IMG/VR virus record: IMGVR_UViG_3300017991_000008
Coordinates: 16,524 to 80,523 of that record
Direction: 5' to 3' (one strand)
Length of the DNA stretch: 64,000 nt
From: a virus
Shown here: one piece after another, positions 8,112-18,472 of the stretch
How positions within the stretch are numbered: position 1 is the stretch's first letter
How the letters are laid out: each line of letters opens with the position of its first letter
Made by a program: the position numbers and the translations under genes
Notes under the pieces: generated by a model
The model's database searches: none
Seen by the model: the letters and a program-made list of their open reading frames with translations, nothing else
What the model was told of the DNA's origin: nothing

Positions 8112-9113
8112 ATGTCAGTGATAACATATAGTTGGTATGTGGACGACCTTGCGGACGTAATGACCCTTTTTGACGTTCAGAAGGTGTACAGGGCGGACAA
8201 CCCAACGGGGCCATGGACGGAGATTACAACGCCGGCCACACGGGTTCCGCTTGTAGCTGGGGTCACTGACTATCTGTTCACAGATCTAGCCGGGTCCTCT
8301 TCCTACTATTACACCTGCGCTTATTTCAACTCGGGTACGTCCGAGGAATCGGACAAGGCGGATCCGGTACGTGGTGACATGGCTGGGTATGTTTCAGTGC
8401 AGGATGTCCGGGACGAGGGATTTGAGGACGAGGATGAATTTCCAAACGATAGGATTGAAGCTGCGATAACCAAGGCTTCAAACCTGATCGACCGTGTAAC
8501 CAGGCGGTTTTTTGAACCACGTGAACTCACCATTAAACTGGACGGAGAAGGGGACGATTACCAAGAATTCGGACACCCTCTAATAGCATTGCTCGAGCTG
8601 GAGATAGACGGGACCACAATCGAGAACTCCGACATTGTGGTTTACAATCGTCACCTCACTCAAAACCTGTTAGAGCCAGATGACCGAAGATGGCCGAAGA
8701 TTGAATACAAAAGGGATCTGACCAATAATCGATCATGGTTTGGGATATTTACCGAAGGCCAACAGAACATCAAGGTTCATGGTTATTTTGGCTACACAGA
8801 ACTAGGACCAGGGGATCCGGTGGGTGAGACATCTGAGGGTAGCCAGGTGCCACTGACCTATGGGGACACTCCCGAACTCATTAAGCAGGCTTGTCTAATG
8901 TTGGTAATGCAATACATTTACCCATTGGCAGACGGTGATGGGGAAGAATATCGCAGGCGTTTGGATGTGGTAAGAATGAAAAACAGGGATCAGGAGATTG
9001 AGTACAACAAAGACACGTCAGAGGCGTTATTTGGTGGCAATCTAACAGGAGATGCTTCTGTGGACCGGTTGTTGGCCACGTTTGTTGCTCCGAGCCCGAT
9101 GGTGAGTGTCTAA
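8112..9113 (+). CDS. Head-tail adaptor/connector with N-terminal FN3-like domain
   Basis: YVSVQDVR...IEAAI..AS.LIDR.T.R.F and P.LIKQAC pattern; start chosen at ATG 8112 after GGAG. Confidence 0.7.
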   Translation: MSVITYSWYVDDLADVMTLFDVQKVYRADNPTGPWTEITTPATRVPLVAGVTDYLFTDLAGSSSYYYTCAYFNSGTSEESDKADPVRGDMAGYVSVQDVRDEGFEDEDEFPNDRIEAAITKASNLIDRVTRRFFEPRELTIKLDGEGDDYQEFGHPLIALLELEIDGTTIENSDIVVYNRHLTQNLLEPDDRRWPKIEYKRDLTNNRSWFGIFTEGQQNIKVHGYFGYTELGPGDPVGETSEGSQVPLTYGDTPELIKQACLMLVMQYIYPLADGDGEEYRRRLDVVRMKNRDQEIEYNKDTSEALFGGNLTGDASVDRLLATFVAPSPMVSV

Positions 9114-9910
9114 TGGCTAGACTGATACAGAAGATGAAGATTCAGCTACGACGGTTTTCGGCAGTGAGGACCAATAAAGCTTCTATAGTTAGTGCCATTG
9201 GACCATTCAATTTAAACAGCCAGGACTGGACCCTGGTAGTGTCCATTGATGGTGGCGGCGGTCAGACAATTAACATTCTGCAGACGGCGTTTGTTGATCC
9301 CTCTGCGGCGACCGTGGATGAGATGGTGTCGGTAATCGATTCAGGGTTGACCGGTGGAGACGTGTACAAAGACGGAGACGGCGCCCTGGTACTCGGCACG
9401 GACACAGAGGGGGATGGTGGGTCCATTGAAGTTTCTGGCGACGCTGTGGCTGGCCTGCTTGGTTTTACAGTCACATCTGCAATCGATAGCGGGGTCGATG
9501 AAATATTCGGTACCATAAAGCCGGTGGACGACGATACTCAAGAGGGAATAACTCGAATTCGTGAACTCGATCCGGTTACATTGGTTTGCCAGGTGGATCG
9601 CAATAACTGGGGTGGCAGAAGGATGGTTCCAGGGGGGCCACACGAAGAAAAGAAGACTGTGTTTGTGGTTGAAAGGGCCAGGTTGCAAAAAAAGGGGCTT
9701 ATCGACAGCCGGGGAATACCGATGATCAACGTCGGTGACCGTATCGGAAAGTTAATGACCATGTCGGGCAAGTTGGTAGAGTCCTTTGAGGATCCGAATG
9801 GATTGTGGGTTCATGGCGTGGAGAGAGCAGGGCACGGTCTCAAAGCTCACGGAGACAGGATGAACCGGCTGTATTATCTGGAGTGTAGCGAGGACAGGGT
9901 GACGTCATAG
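9113..9910 (+). CDS. Head closure/neck protein with inserted repeated virion module
   Basis: Position after adaptor; aa ~22-118 match the repeated module. Confidence 0.55.
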   Translation: MARLIQKMKIQLRRFSAVRTNKASIVSAIGPFNLNSQDWTLVVSIDGGGGQTINILQTAFVDPSAATVDEMVSVIDSGLTGGDVYKDGDGALVLGTDTEGDGGSIEVSGDAVAGLLGFTVTSAIDSGVDEIFGTIKPVDDDTQEGITRIRELDPVTLVCQVDRNNWGGRRMVPGGPHEEKKTVFVVERARLQKKGLIDSRGIPMINVGDRIGKLMTMSGKLVESFEDPNGLWVHGVERAGHGLKAHGDRMNRLYYLECSEDRVTS

Positions 9911-9918
9911 TACTTCGA

Positions 9919-10548
9919 ATGGAAATAAAGGGTATGGCTGCCTCTCAAAGGCAAGCAGCCCAATTTCAGGGGCTGATAGTAAGGTCCATTGAACGTGCCA
10001 CTATGCAGGAGGCTCACGAACTGAGAAAGGAAATTGTTCTTGGTTTGAGAAGTCAGAGCCCTGGGGGACGGGCGATAAAACCACTCAAGGAAACGACCAT
10101 TTTGTTGCGTGGGCTTCCGAAATCAGGGGGTGGAGGAAGAGGAGCAACCCGTAGAAAATCACCAAGGCGTGGACCAACCAAGGCACTGATTCATCATGGT
10201 GATTTGATCGGTGGCATAAATGTCAAAAGGGTAGGTTTCGCCCACTATACCGTCGGAATCCACAGGGGAGAACGTGGAAAAAATGGTCAGGATCTCGTGA
10301 ATATAGCCGAGATCCACGAAAATGGAACCAGGCAGTACACCGTGACAGTGACACCGAGAATGCACAAGTTTTCCCTTTTTCTGTATCAGATGGGGGTTTT
10401 AAAGGCTCCCTGGCCGGTGGGAAAGAAGTTTAGAAAGAAAATACCAGCCCGTCCGTTCTTGGGACCGTCCCATGAATCATGGGAGATGAACGCTTCCGAG
10501 AGGTTTTCAACCCGGTTGGATATCTTTCTCATGGGGAAATCGGCATGA
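9919..10548 (+). CDS. Tail completion / virion morphogenesis protein (Mu gpG / HK97 gp10-like)
   Basis: Basic; L...GDL..GI, A.IHE.G, IPARPFLGP motifs. Confidence 0.75.
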   Translation: MEIKGMAASQRQAAQFQGLIVRSIERATMQEAHELRKEIVLGLRSQSPGGRAIKPLKETTILLRGLPKSGGGGRGATRRKSPRRGPTKALIHHGDLIGGINVKRVGFAHYTVGIHRGERGKNGQDLVNIAEIHENGTRQYTVTVTPRMHKFSLFLYQMGVLKAPWPVGKKFRKKIPARPFLGPSHESWEMNASERFSTRLDIFLMGKSA

Positions 10549-11501
10549 CTATTCCTACAATAACAAGCATCACGCCAGCTAGTGGGCTAACACGGGGACA
10601 GAACCTCATAACTATAAACGGAACGGGGTTTCGTTTACCTGGGCCGAGGGTAGTCATTGACGGGATCGTGCAGCCTAGAAATTCCATATCTGTTCAGTTT
10701 GATGGGGTAGAATCTGACTATGCCCATGCCGTGACGGATATTAAAGCCATCGCCAGGGTTCCCCAGTACCGGGGGGACTATAAACTGGTTCCAAAAACTC
10801 AGATCGTGCGTTTGGCAAATCTGGACGATGATCAGGTGGAGATTCCTACCGAAAACGTAGAATATGACGGTTACACTGTAGAACGACCGAAACTAACAGT
10901 GTCACCGATTGATTTGAGAGTTATGGAACAATTTCTTCGGGCACTTCGTAGACATGTTCACCCTAACGTATGGTTTACAACAGACCGCTTGTACTGGGAT
11001 TTGACGGAAGGGATCCCCGATGTGATAAAGCAGCAGGCGACGTTGCCGCTGATTCACATTAACGGTATAAACGAGGAGTTTAATTCAAACCAGCAAGGAA
11101 TGGGGGGTGAGGACGTAGAAACCTCCCCTGGTACCTGGGAGACCTTTAGAAACGGAACTGCTGTAGATATTGTCATGTCCTCAATCGAGATATATTCAAA
11201 TGCCAGCCATAACAACGAAATCTTGAACCTGGGACGGGCATTTGTTGACTTTATAGCACAATGTCCGTTTGTGCGTGTAACGCCCGAGACCTGGGACATT
11301 GGCGCTGATGACTACGAATACCCATTAAACCTGCCAGATGATGCGTTTCCATCGTATGACATGGGACCGGCATTGGATGGTTTTAAGCACTGTAGAACCG
11401 GTGCTATAATTGAAGGATTGGAACTGAGGGATCCCAACGAGCAGCCGTATGGATGGACCCGCGACTGGACTTCGTTGGAATTAGATTTTCAACCGACCTA
11501 G
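10545..11501 (+). CDS. Tail terminator-like protein with N-terminal IPT/TIG domain
   Basis: PTITSITPASG..RG...ITI.GTGF; last gene before sheath. Confidence 0.6.
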   Translation: MTIPTITSITPASGLTRGQNLITINGTGFRLPGPRVVIDGIVQPRNSISVQFDGVESDYAHAVTDIKAIARVPQYRGDYKLVPKTQIVRLANLDDDQVEIPTENVEYDGYTVERPKLTVSPIDLRVMEQFLRALRRHVHPNVWFTTDRLYWDLTEGIPDVIKQQATLPLIHINGINEEFNSNQQGMGGEDVETSPGTWETFRNGTAVDIVMSSIEIYSNASHNNEILNLGRAFVDFIAQCPFVRVTPETWDIGADDYEYPLNLPDDAFPSYDMGPALDGFKHCRTGAIIEGLELRDPNEQPYGWTRDWTSLELDFQPT

Positions 11502-11505
11502 TTCT

Positions 11506-11517
11506 GTGCTAGTCTAG
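11506..11517 (+). promoter_or_regulatory. Extended -10-like element GTGCTAGTCTAG upstream of sheath
   Basis: Identical 12-mer at 37631-37642; both intergenic. Confidence 0.4.
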
Positions 11518-11554
11518 GTTTAGATCGTTAGTAAACGAAAAACGGAGGAACGAC

Positions 11555-13744
11555 ATGCCGACCGGAGCTGCTCGAGTAAGAGTAAGATTTAAAAAAGGAA
11601 ATAAGGTTGTATCGGGGACACCGACATTCAGGGCGGGGATCCTGTGTGTGACCCTTCGGGGGCCATTCGATAGAAGGACTATCTCATCGGAGAGAATGTT
11701 CGAGAAGCTGTATGGCGGTCCCTTCGATAATGAACACTGTAAAGTTCCACAAAACATAAAGCAGTTCTTTGACTGTGGTGGAACTGCAATCGATGTGAGG
11801 CGCATAGTCCACTTTACCGATCCGGGTAATGTCAACTCTGCGACATCTGCCAAGGGCGAGCAGACTATTACCAACGAGGGCGCGTCAGAATCACCTGCCA
11901 CAGTGACCACCACGGCACAAGCCCCGTTCTCATTGGAGGACGGAGATGATCTGGAAATGATCATTGGTGGAGGTGCTCCGCAAAACTATGCAATTGAGGG
12001 TACACGAGCATCCCAGGTGAGCGTGGCTGGATTCCCAGTGGCAGATCAGGTCGGCAACACCTTAACCGTAAAGGTCAATAAGGGTAGCGAGCAGATCATC
12101 ACATTCGCCAGCCCCGCAACCACAGCCGCAGAATTTCAGGCACAGATAAACGAGCAACTGGAAGGCGGTAGAGCTGTCATAGCCACCGGCGAAGTTCGAA
12201 TCGAGACAGACAGGCAGGGCACCGAAGCATACTTCCAGGTGACAGGTGGTTCGGCAAACGGTGTGTTGAATTACCCAACGACGGAAGCTCAGGGGACAGG
12301 GGATTTTGAAAACTTGGATGCTATTACGGCAACCGAGTTCAAAACCTGGGTGGAGGATAACTTCACCGGAGTCACATACACAGACAACCCGACACACACT
12401 GGCACGTTCTCAACAACTGCCACCGGGGCCGCTGCAACCATTCAGATGGCTGCAAGTGCGATAGTTACAGCACTTGGCCTTGACACACTGGAGCACACCG
12501 GAGCGGACGCAACCCCGGAAGATACCCTCAAGTTCCAGGGTAAGACCGACGGGGACTACACGGACGATGTGTCGTTTCAGATCCTGGACGCAACCAATGG
12601 CGAGGCTGCCAGGTTCGACATTATCACGTATTTCAAAGGTGTGGTTCAGCAGCGCTATCGCAATTACACCATGGATTCCGACGATGCCTTGTATGTCGCA
12701 ACCAATTTTAACGACGACACCAAGGGAGATGACCTCCTAGATGTCGTGGATCTCGACCTGGTAGGTGGGGGAATGTCCGTGTTGAACGCTCGGCCAAAGA
12801 ATGGCACGTACAGTGCTCTCACAGGTGGTGACAATGGTCTCACCGATCTTGAGGATGCCGACTTTGTCGGAACGTCCGCAGGAAAGACCGGGCTCTATAC
12901 TTTCGATACTGAGGAAGACGTCAAGCTGATCGGTATCCCAGGCCGCTCGTCTACAACGATCCACGCTTCCATGCACTCATACGAGACTTCTCGGGATCAT
13001 ATGGTTTACATGGTACACCCAACGCCAGAGGCGGCGGATGTGGCCACGGCCCAAGCGATGAAGACCTTTTCGGAAACAAACCTTTTCGGACAGTCGGAGT
13101 TCGGTTGCTGTGGATGGCCCAGAATCCAGATACCCAACCTCTGGACTGACATTTTTGGGGATGACGAAGGGATCTACGTTTGTCCATCCATGTCAAAGAT
13201 GGGCAAGTTCCAGTACAACGACGAGAACCACCCGGACGGGGTGTTTGTATCGTCAGCGGGTGTAGATAACGGAAACATCCCGAACGTCATCGGTATCGAA
13301 ATCGATGAGGTAAAGGATGTCACCCTCCGTGGTCTCGTGGCCGACGTGGGTATCGAACCGATCTGGAAAGAGACCACACGGCACCCATACTGCTTCGATG
13401 GTGGTGACAACCTAAAAATGGACGGTGACTGGCCACGCCAGTGGCACGCTCGAGGAGTTATCTACATTGTGGAGAGCCTACGCCGAGACGCCATCTCCAT
13501 GAAGCACAAGAAAAACAACGACAAGAACCGCGGTGAGTGGGAGAGAAGGGGCTCCAAGTGGCTAGGCGGATTACCAGAGGATGCCTTTGATCCGGACAAG
13601 GAGACCTTCTGGCAGGTCAACAACGAAGAACTTAATCCACCGGAGGTTCGAGCTCAGCAAGAAATGGTCGGACTTCTCGGTCTTGGGTTTTCCGATGACG
13701 CTAAATATGTCACAATAGAAGTGACAAGGACCCTGGCTGGGTAA
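11555..13744 (+). CDS. Contractile tail sheath protein with inserted domains
   Basis: G....T.RGPF...I.S...F...YGG N-terminus; LTGG.NG..D...DF.G; C-terminal sheath domain; GGAGG SD. Confidence 0.9.
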   Translation: MPTGAARVRVRFKKGNKVVSGTPTFRAGILCVTLRGPFDRRTISSERMFEKLYGGPFDNEHCKVPQNIKQFFDCGGTAIDVRRIVHFTDPGNVNSATSAKGEQTITNEGASESPATVTTTAQAPFSLEDGDDLEMIIGGGAPQNYAIEGTRASQVSVAGFPVADQVGNTLTVKVNKGSEQIITFASPATTAAEFQAQINEQLEGGRAVIATGEVRIETDRQGTEAYFQVTGGSANGVLNYPTTEAQGTGDFENLDAITATEFKTWVEDNFTGVTYTDNPTHTGTFSTTATGAAATIQMAASAIVTALGLDTLEHTGADATPEDTLKFQGKTDGDYTDDVSFQILDATNGEAARFDIITYFKGVVQQRYRNYTMDSDDALYVATNFNDDTKGDDLLDVVDLDLVGGGMSVLNARPKNGTYSALTGGDNGLTDLEDADFVGTSAGKTGLYTFDTEEDVKLIGIPGRSSTTIHASMHSYETSRDHMVYMVHPTPEAADVATAQAMKTFSETNLFGQSEFGCCGWPRIQIPNLWTDIFGDDEGIYVCPSMSKMGKFQYNDENHPDGVFVSSAGVDNGNIPNVIGIEIDEVKDVTLRGLVADVGIEPIWKETTRHPYCFDGGDNLKMDGDWPRQWHARGVIYIVESLRRDAISMKHKKNNDKNRGEWERRGSKWLGGLPEDAFDPDKETFWQVNNEELNPPEVRAQQEMVGLLGLGFSDDAKYVTIEVTRTLAG

Positions 13745-13756
13745 AAGGAGTTTAGA

Positions 13757-14212
13757 ATGCCTCCAAAGAATTTTCATATGACCAAAAACTGGATCCTTGA
13801 GATCGACGGAATCGAAAGGGTCCGGTTCACCAGTTGCGACATTCCCGAGGAGATCATGGACGATGTGGTCGTTCCTGAATCCGCAACCCTGTATAACCAG
13901 AGAGTCCCAGGGGATCCACCGCAGGTAGACGTCCGGGTTGAAGGTCCGTCCTTCGTTGACGACATAGTGAAGGAACTGTGGGATCGCACCATCGATTTTG
14001 TTAACGGTGGACAGACCCTGATCGACGAGATGTACTTCACCGGAACCCTGTTTCAGCTTGATCGAGACAAAAAGACCAAGCTCAAAAAGTGGGATTTCGA
14101 TGAAATGTACTGCGGCGGCAGGATCCACGGCAAGTTCGATGCAACCGGAAACGAGGTAAGAATGGAAGGGTTCATTCTAAGACCTCGATCCATCGACCCG
14201 CAGAAGATGTAA
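13757..14212 (+). CDS. Tail tube protein (T4 gp19-like)
   Basis: 151 aa after sheath; W.LEIDG...F..C, L.QLDR...KW.F pattern. Confidence 0.8.
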   Translation: MPPKNFHMTKNWILEIDGIERVRFTSCDIPEEIMDDVVVPESATLYNQRVPGDPPQVDVRVEGPSFVDDIVKELWDRTIDFVNGGQTLIDEMYFTGTLFQLDRDKKTKLKKWDFDEMYCGGRIHGKFDATGNEVRMEGFILRPRSIDPQKM

Positions 14213-14253
14213 TTGAACCGGGTCGCAGATACTAAGAAAGGGCAAATGGCAAA

Positions 14254-15081
14254 ATGACAGAGAGAACACAGGTCTTTACTTTCCCAAGCAGAATGCAGGT
14301 CGAGATGAGAGGTCGCACGATCTCGGCCATGAAACGAACCATCGAAAAGCTCAGGGGTGGCTTGGTAGATGCTCACACCGAGGCATTGGAGGACGCCACT
14401 GTTAAGCTGATAGATGCGGGGGATTATCCCCACAACACGATCAGCAACGCCCAGGGGGGCGTGCAGTGGATGAACGCAATTGCCGAGGATCGCATCTATG
14501 GATTACTGGCCACCAGAATGGTCACCTACAAGGACGGTCACGAGTACAACATGGAGTTGGCCTGCTTACGTTGCAACGAACGGTTAGGCTGGTCAGAAGA
14601 CATCAGAACGGCTCCGGAGGGTTCCCTTGTTATCTACCATATGACCGAGGAGAATGCCAAGATCTTTAAATCTGGGGAGCCATTCGAATTGAACTTCATG
14701 GGTAAGCAGATCAAGTGGAAAATGCTTGTAGGAAAGGATGAGTCTGTAATCGAGAAGCTAGGTCGCCAGGATCCCGACGTGGACACCGACGATCTGTCTT
14801 TAGCGATGAGACTCAAAGAGATAGAGGACGTGAACGTCAGCGACAAGGTATCATGGGTCGCTTCCCTGGGTGAAGAGAGACTGGATCTCCAAGCCCTGAT
14901 GGAGGAGCAGGCTTGTGGACTTGATACCATGATGGACGTTTTTTGTACGCAATGTCAGGGGAGGTTCGAGCACCCTCTCCCTTTCGATGCGGACTTCTGG
15001 GTCCCCCTCGGCAAGATACGGAAGAGACGTCGAGCGAGATCAGCGAGAGCGCATGGTCTTACCGACAAGTTGAACCGATAA
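14254..15081 (+). CDS. Tail assembly chaperone / T4 gp26-like hub assembly protein with Zn sites
   Basis: CLRC and CTQC motifs, terminal PLPFDADFW.P; between tube and tape measure. Confidence 0.65.
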   Translation: MTERTQVFTFPSRMQVEMRGRTISAMKRTIEKLRGGLVDAHTEALEDATVKLIDAGDYPHNTISNAQGGVQWMNAIAEDRIYGLLATRMVTYKDGHEYNMELACLRCNERLGWSEDIRTAPEGSLVIYHMTEENAKIFKSGEPFELNFMGKQIKWKMLVGKDESVIEKLGRQDPDVDTDDLSLAMRLKEIEDVNVSDKVSWVASLGEERLDLQALMEEQACGLDTMMDVFCTQCQGRFEHPLPFDADFWVPLGKIRKRRRARSARAHGLTDKLNR

Positions 15082-15305
15082 GCGTCCTGGAGGGTATTGA
15101 TCTCGGCCTGTGTTTAAACTGGGAACCACTGCTCGGTGAGTGGTCGAGGAAGGGATTAATGGACCTTGAAATTCTACTGGTTGCCAACTTCCCCTTTGCT
15201 ATCAGCCTTGGTTTACCCATAGCCACCGTGGAGGCTATGACCCCTGATATGGCAATTGAGTGGGCGGAAACCCTTAATCGTTTACAAGAGAGGATGAAAA
15301 AGTAG
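14943..15305 (+). CDS. Second tail chaperone ORF (-1 frame extension or independent start at 15159)
   Basis: Overlaps previous gene in -1 frame; L.I.TVEAMTPD.A.EW.E.L pattern before tape measure. Confidence 0.5.
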   Translation: MYAMSGEVRAPSPFRCGLLGPPRQDTEETSSEISESAWSYRQVEPISVLEGIDLGLCLNWEPLLGEWSRKGLMDLEILLVANFPFAISLGLPIATVEAMTPDMAIEWAETLNRLQERMKK

Positions 15306-15307
15306 AG

Positions 15308-17914
15308 ATGGCCGGCCGTGTTATGAAAACCATATTTGACGTCATTGGACGTGATAGTGGTGCGAGCGCCACGGCCAACCGTGTGTCCACAGCCCTGAAC
15401 ACTATGTCCAACTCGGCCCTGAAGTCAAAAGCCGCCCTGGGGGGAGCCAGTGCGAGCCTGTCACGCACCCAGAAGGTATTGCAATCATCCATGCAGTCCA
15501 TGATGATCGGTGGTGGTTTTTTAAAAATCGGCAGTGGTCTTCTTGATTTTATGGGTGGGGCTACCGACAAGGCTGGTGAGCTCGAATATGAACTAGCCAC
15601 TCTACGAGGTATTTCGGGGGCCACGGCCAAGGATTTGGACCGATTAGCGGCGGCAGCTCAGAAGGCCGGTATCGAAACCCAGTTTACCCCCACCGAGGCG
15701 GTTCAAGGTCTACAGAACCTAGCACAACAAGGCTTTCTCGTAGAACAGCAACTGGGTGCTCTAATGCCATCCTTGCTGCTTTCTGGAGCGTCGGGGGGAA
15801 AGGTGCCCCTTGCGGATGCCGCAAAGCTCACTGCCCAGGTGATAAAGGGGTTCGGACGAGAAGCAGAAGACGCTGGGATCATGGTCGATCAGATGGTCAA
15901 AACTACCACGAAAAGCGGTATGGCCATTGAAGATCTTGCTGGTGCTATGCAGTATGCTTCGTCTGCTGCACAGAACATGGATGTGGATTTCACCTCCACG
16001 TTGGCAACACTTGGTCTAATTAAGAACGTTATCCCCAGTGCCGAGGTGGCAGGTTCGGCGTTTCAGATACTCACGGCCAGATTATCAAAACCAACGAACC
16101 AGAGAAAACTTAGGCAAAATCTTGGAATAGATGTTATCGACCAGGCGACGGGAGAGTTTAGGGGATTTGGTGCGCTGTTACTCGATATTAGTAGCAAATT
16201 CGGATCGATGAAAGGCGGGGAACGAGCTGGCATGATTCAGGACATATTTGGTCCACGTGGAATGAAGGCGATAATGCCATTAATGACACAGCTCGAGAAA
16301 GGAATAACAACCGAAACAGGCAAGGTTCTCAAGGGTCAGGAGGCATGGCAGTACTGGATGAACACCCTAGATCCCGACAAGGTGGCCGGATTTGCCGAAG
16401 AGATGAACAATATGAAATTGGACACTCTCAATGGGCAATTACAGCTACTTTCAGGTTCACTACAGACATTCCAAATAGAACTTGGAAAGGGGACAGCCGC
16501 CCTATCCAAGTCCGCGGTGAAGTATGGACTAAAAGCCTTTAATGCGTTTTTGGAAATCTTCACCAAGTTACCGAAACCGGTGAAAAATGCTGTTAGCGGG
16601 TTCTTGGTATTATCCGGGACACTTATTAAGGTAATAGGTGGCTTCTTCATTTTGAAAGGTTTGATGTCCTTACTGGATATCTCCTTCGGTGGAGTTCTTC
16701 TGACCATAGGAAAAATCCTTTTGCTGGCTGTACCTCTCACACTTCTTTTCTCTGCCCTGGGTGTGGGGATCTATGGTGTCTATCGAACGATCTCCAAAAA
16801 CTTTGGAAAAGCCGGAGACGAGACAGCTTCCTTCTTTGAGAAGCTAAAACTGGGATACAGGGCGGTCACTGATCTGATATCGGACGGTGCGTTATCAAAA
16901 GCCGTTATCGAGGATATGAAGCAGGCAAAGTTCCAGGGGGTGGCCGACTTTATTGGAACGTTTGGTGTATGGCTGGGCAAGGCAAAAGAGTTCTTTAAGG
17001 GGGTGGTAGACGGATTCGATGCCGGTTTGAGACGTCTCACTGGTCCGTGGAATGAGTTTAAAGAAGCTGTGCAGGATGCCTTTGGATCTTGGTTCGATAA
17101 CGCCCAAAGGGGGTCAAAGAGCCTGTCCGAATGGGAGGGCAAAGGAAAGAGCTTTGGCGCCACGTTATCCGGTTTTTCAAAGACAATTATCAAGATGATG
17201 ACCAAGTCTGTGGAGATGGGACAGCGGTTCTCTGAGTGGGCCAGTGATTTCACAATGGCCGATATGATAGATGAAGCCAGGGAGCTTGCCGACACTATCC
17301 AGGACGTACTGAACGGACTACGGTGGCTGCTGGACAAGTTCGGTTATGTGGGTCACATGGTGGATATAGTAGGCAACTTTGGGGAGAACGTAACCTTTGC
17401 CGATTTGATGAGAAAGGGAGAGGGTGGGCCTCTCACAAGCCAAAAACTAATAGAGGGTTCCAGGACGTTTGCAGAGGGACTTAGAAGGGGATCTACGAGC
17501 ATAGAAGGGGTTGGAGAAGTTCCCAGTTCCGCCTTCGGATTTGAAAGCGATGTACAGCGGTTTGTTGGCCGTCGGGCCCGACGTTTGGAAACACTACAAA
17601 AGGCAGGACAGTTCGAGGGCAAAGATGAGGCACTTGCTGCCCTTCAGAGAGTTTTGTTTGTCAGTGCTGTTGAGGCCGGCAAGAAGAGAGCTGCCGACGA
17701 CAAGGAATCAGCACGACGGTTAGAAAAACAGTGGGACGGCATACTCAAGAGAATGGAGCTCTCCTTGGTAAACGCCATGAAAGAAGGCGGGGGTTTGAAG
17801 GGACTCAAACTGGTTATAGGTGAACACGAGTTTGGACGATTAGTTGACCAAGCCGGAGAAACCAAAAAAGAAGATAGTTATGACTGGGAGGATATGGGGC
17901 CACCTGCTCCCTAG
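15308..17914 (+). CDS. Tape measure protein (TP901-like domain)
   Basis: T.FT.TEA..G...LA..GF, S..GS.F..L..RL, hydrophobic middle segment; 868 aa. Confidence 0.92.
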   Translation: MAGRVMKTIFDVIGRDSGASATANRVSTALNTMSNSALKSKAALGGASASLSRTQKVLQSSMQSMMIGGGFLKIGSGLLDFMGGATDKAGELEYELATLRGISGATAKDLDRLAAAAQKAGIETQFTPTEAVQGLQNLAQQGFLVEQQLGALMPSLLLSGASGGKVPLADAAKLTAQVIKGFGREAEDAGIMVDQMVKTTTKSGMAIEDLAGAMQYASSAAQNMDVDFTSTLATLGLIKNVIPSAEVAGSAFQILTARLSKPTNQRKLRQNLGIDVIDQATGEFRGFGALLLDISSKFGSMKGGERAGMIQDIFGPRGMKAIMPLMTQLEKGITTETGKVLKGQEAWQYWMNTLDPDKVAGFAEEMNNMKLDTLNGQLQLLSGSLQTFQIELGKGTAALSKSAVKYGLKAFNAFLEIFTKLPKPVKNAVSGFLVLSGTLIKVIGGFFILKGLMSLLDISFGGVLLTIGKILLLAVPLTLLFSALGVGIYGVYRTISKNFGKAGDETASFFEKLKLGYRAVTDLISDGALSKAVIEDMKQAKFQGVADFIGTFGVWLGKAKEFFKGVVDGFDAGLRRLTGPWNEFKEAVQDAFGSWFDNAQRGSKSLSEWEGKGKSFGATLSGFSKTIIKMMTKSVEMGQRFSEWASDFTMADMIDEARELADTIQDVLNGLRWLLDKFGYVGHMVDIVGNFGENVTFADLMRKGEGGPLTSQKLIEGSRTFAEGLRRGSTSIEGVGEVPSSAFGFESDVQRFVGRRARRLETLQKAGQFEGKDEALAALQRVLFVSAVEAGKKRAADDKESARRLEKQWDGILKRMELSLVNAMKEGGGLKGLKLVIGEHEFGRLVDQAGETKKEDSYDWEDMGPPAP

Positions 17915-17927
17915 AGTGTGAGAGACA

Positions 17928-18470
17928 ATGACTTTACCAACTGAAAGCAGAACCAAAATCTGGAACGTCAACGAAGACGATCCCACTCAATCGAAGGGTA
18001 TCGTTTTACATTACGAACCAGAGAGTTTCTCAGGTGGGGTTCGGGCTGCTTACGGAGGGGAGAGAGCATTGGCAGAACCCAGAAGTCCCATGATCTATGG
18101 TGGCACAGATTCGGAAACTTTCTCTTTCACAATAAGGTATGAACGAATACCTCTACAGTCAAAGAGGAAAATAACAGCGGATGAAGCGTCGGATATTATC
18201 GACAAGGCTCGAGCGTTCATACGCTCTCTGGCTGCCCCTGGAATAAGGCCAGCCGGGATACTGGGGGGACAGACCCCTCTTGTGTTTTTAGAAGTACCAG
18301 GTGTATTCACAGTCTACTGCCGGTTGGAATCTATCGATTGGGATGTCACTCGTAGAAATCCAACATCAGGCAGGATTGATTCACTCACAATGCGGACCAC
18401 GTGGAAAGAGGATCCGCAGTACTGGTATTCAGCAGAGGAGCTGGAAGAGCTCGGCTATCAGAGGGCTTAG
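17928..18470 (+). CDS. Tail tube initiator / CIS-tube-like baseplate protein
   Basis: Follows tape measure; YEPESFS, P.VF.E.PG.F...C..ESI pattern. Confidence 0.65.
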   Translation: MTLPTESRTKIWNVNEDDPTQSKGIVLHYEPESFSGGVRAAYGGERALAEPRSPMIYGGTDSETFSFTIRYERIPLQSKRKITADEASDIIDKARAFIRSLAAPGIRPAGILGGQTPLVFLEVPGVFTVYCRLESIDWDVTRRNPTSGRIDSLTMRTTWKEDPQYWYSAEELEELGYQRA

Positions 18471-18472
18471 AC

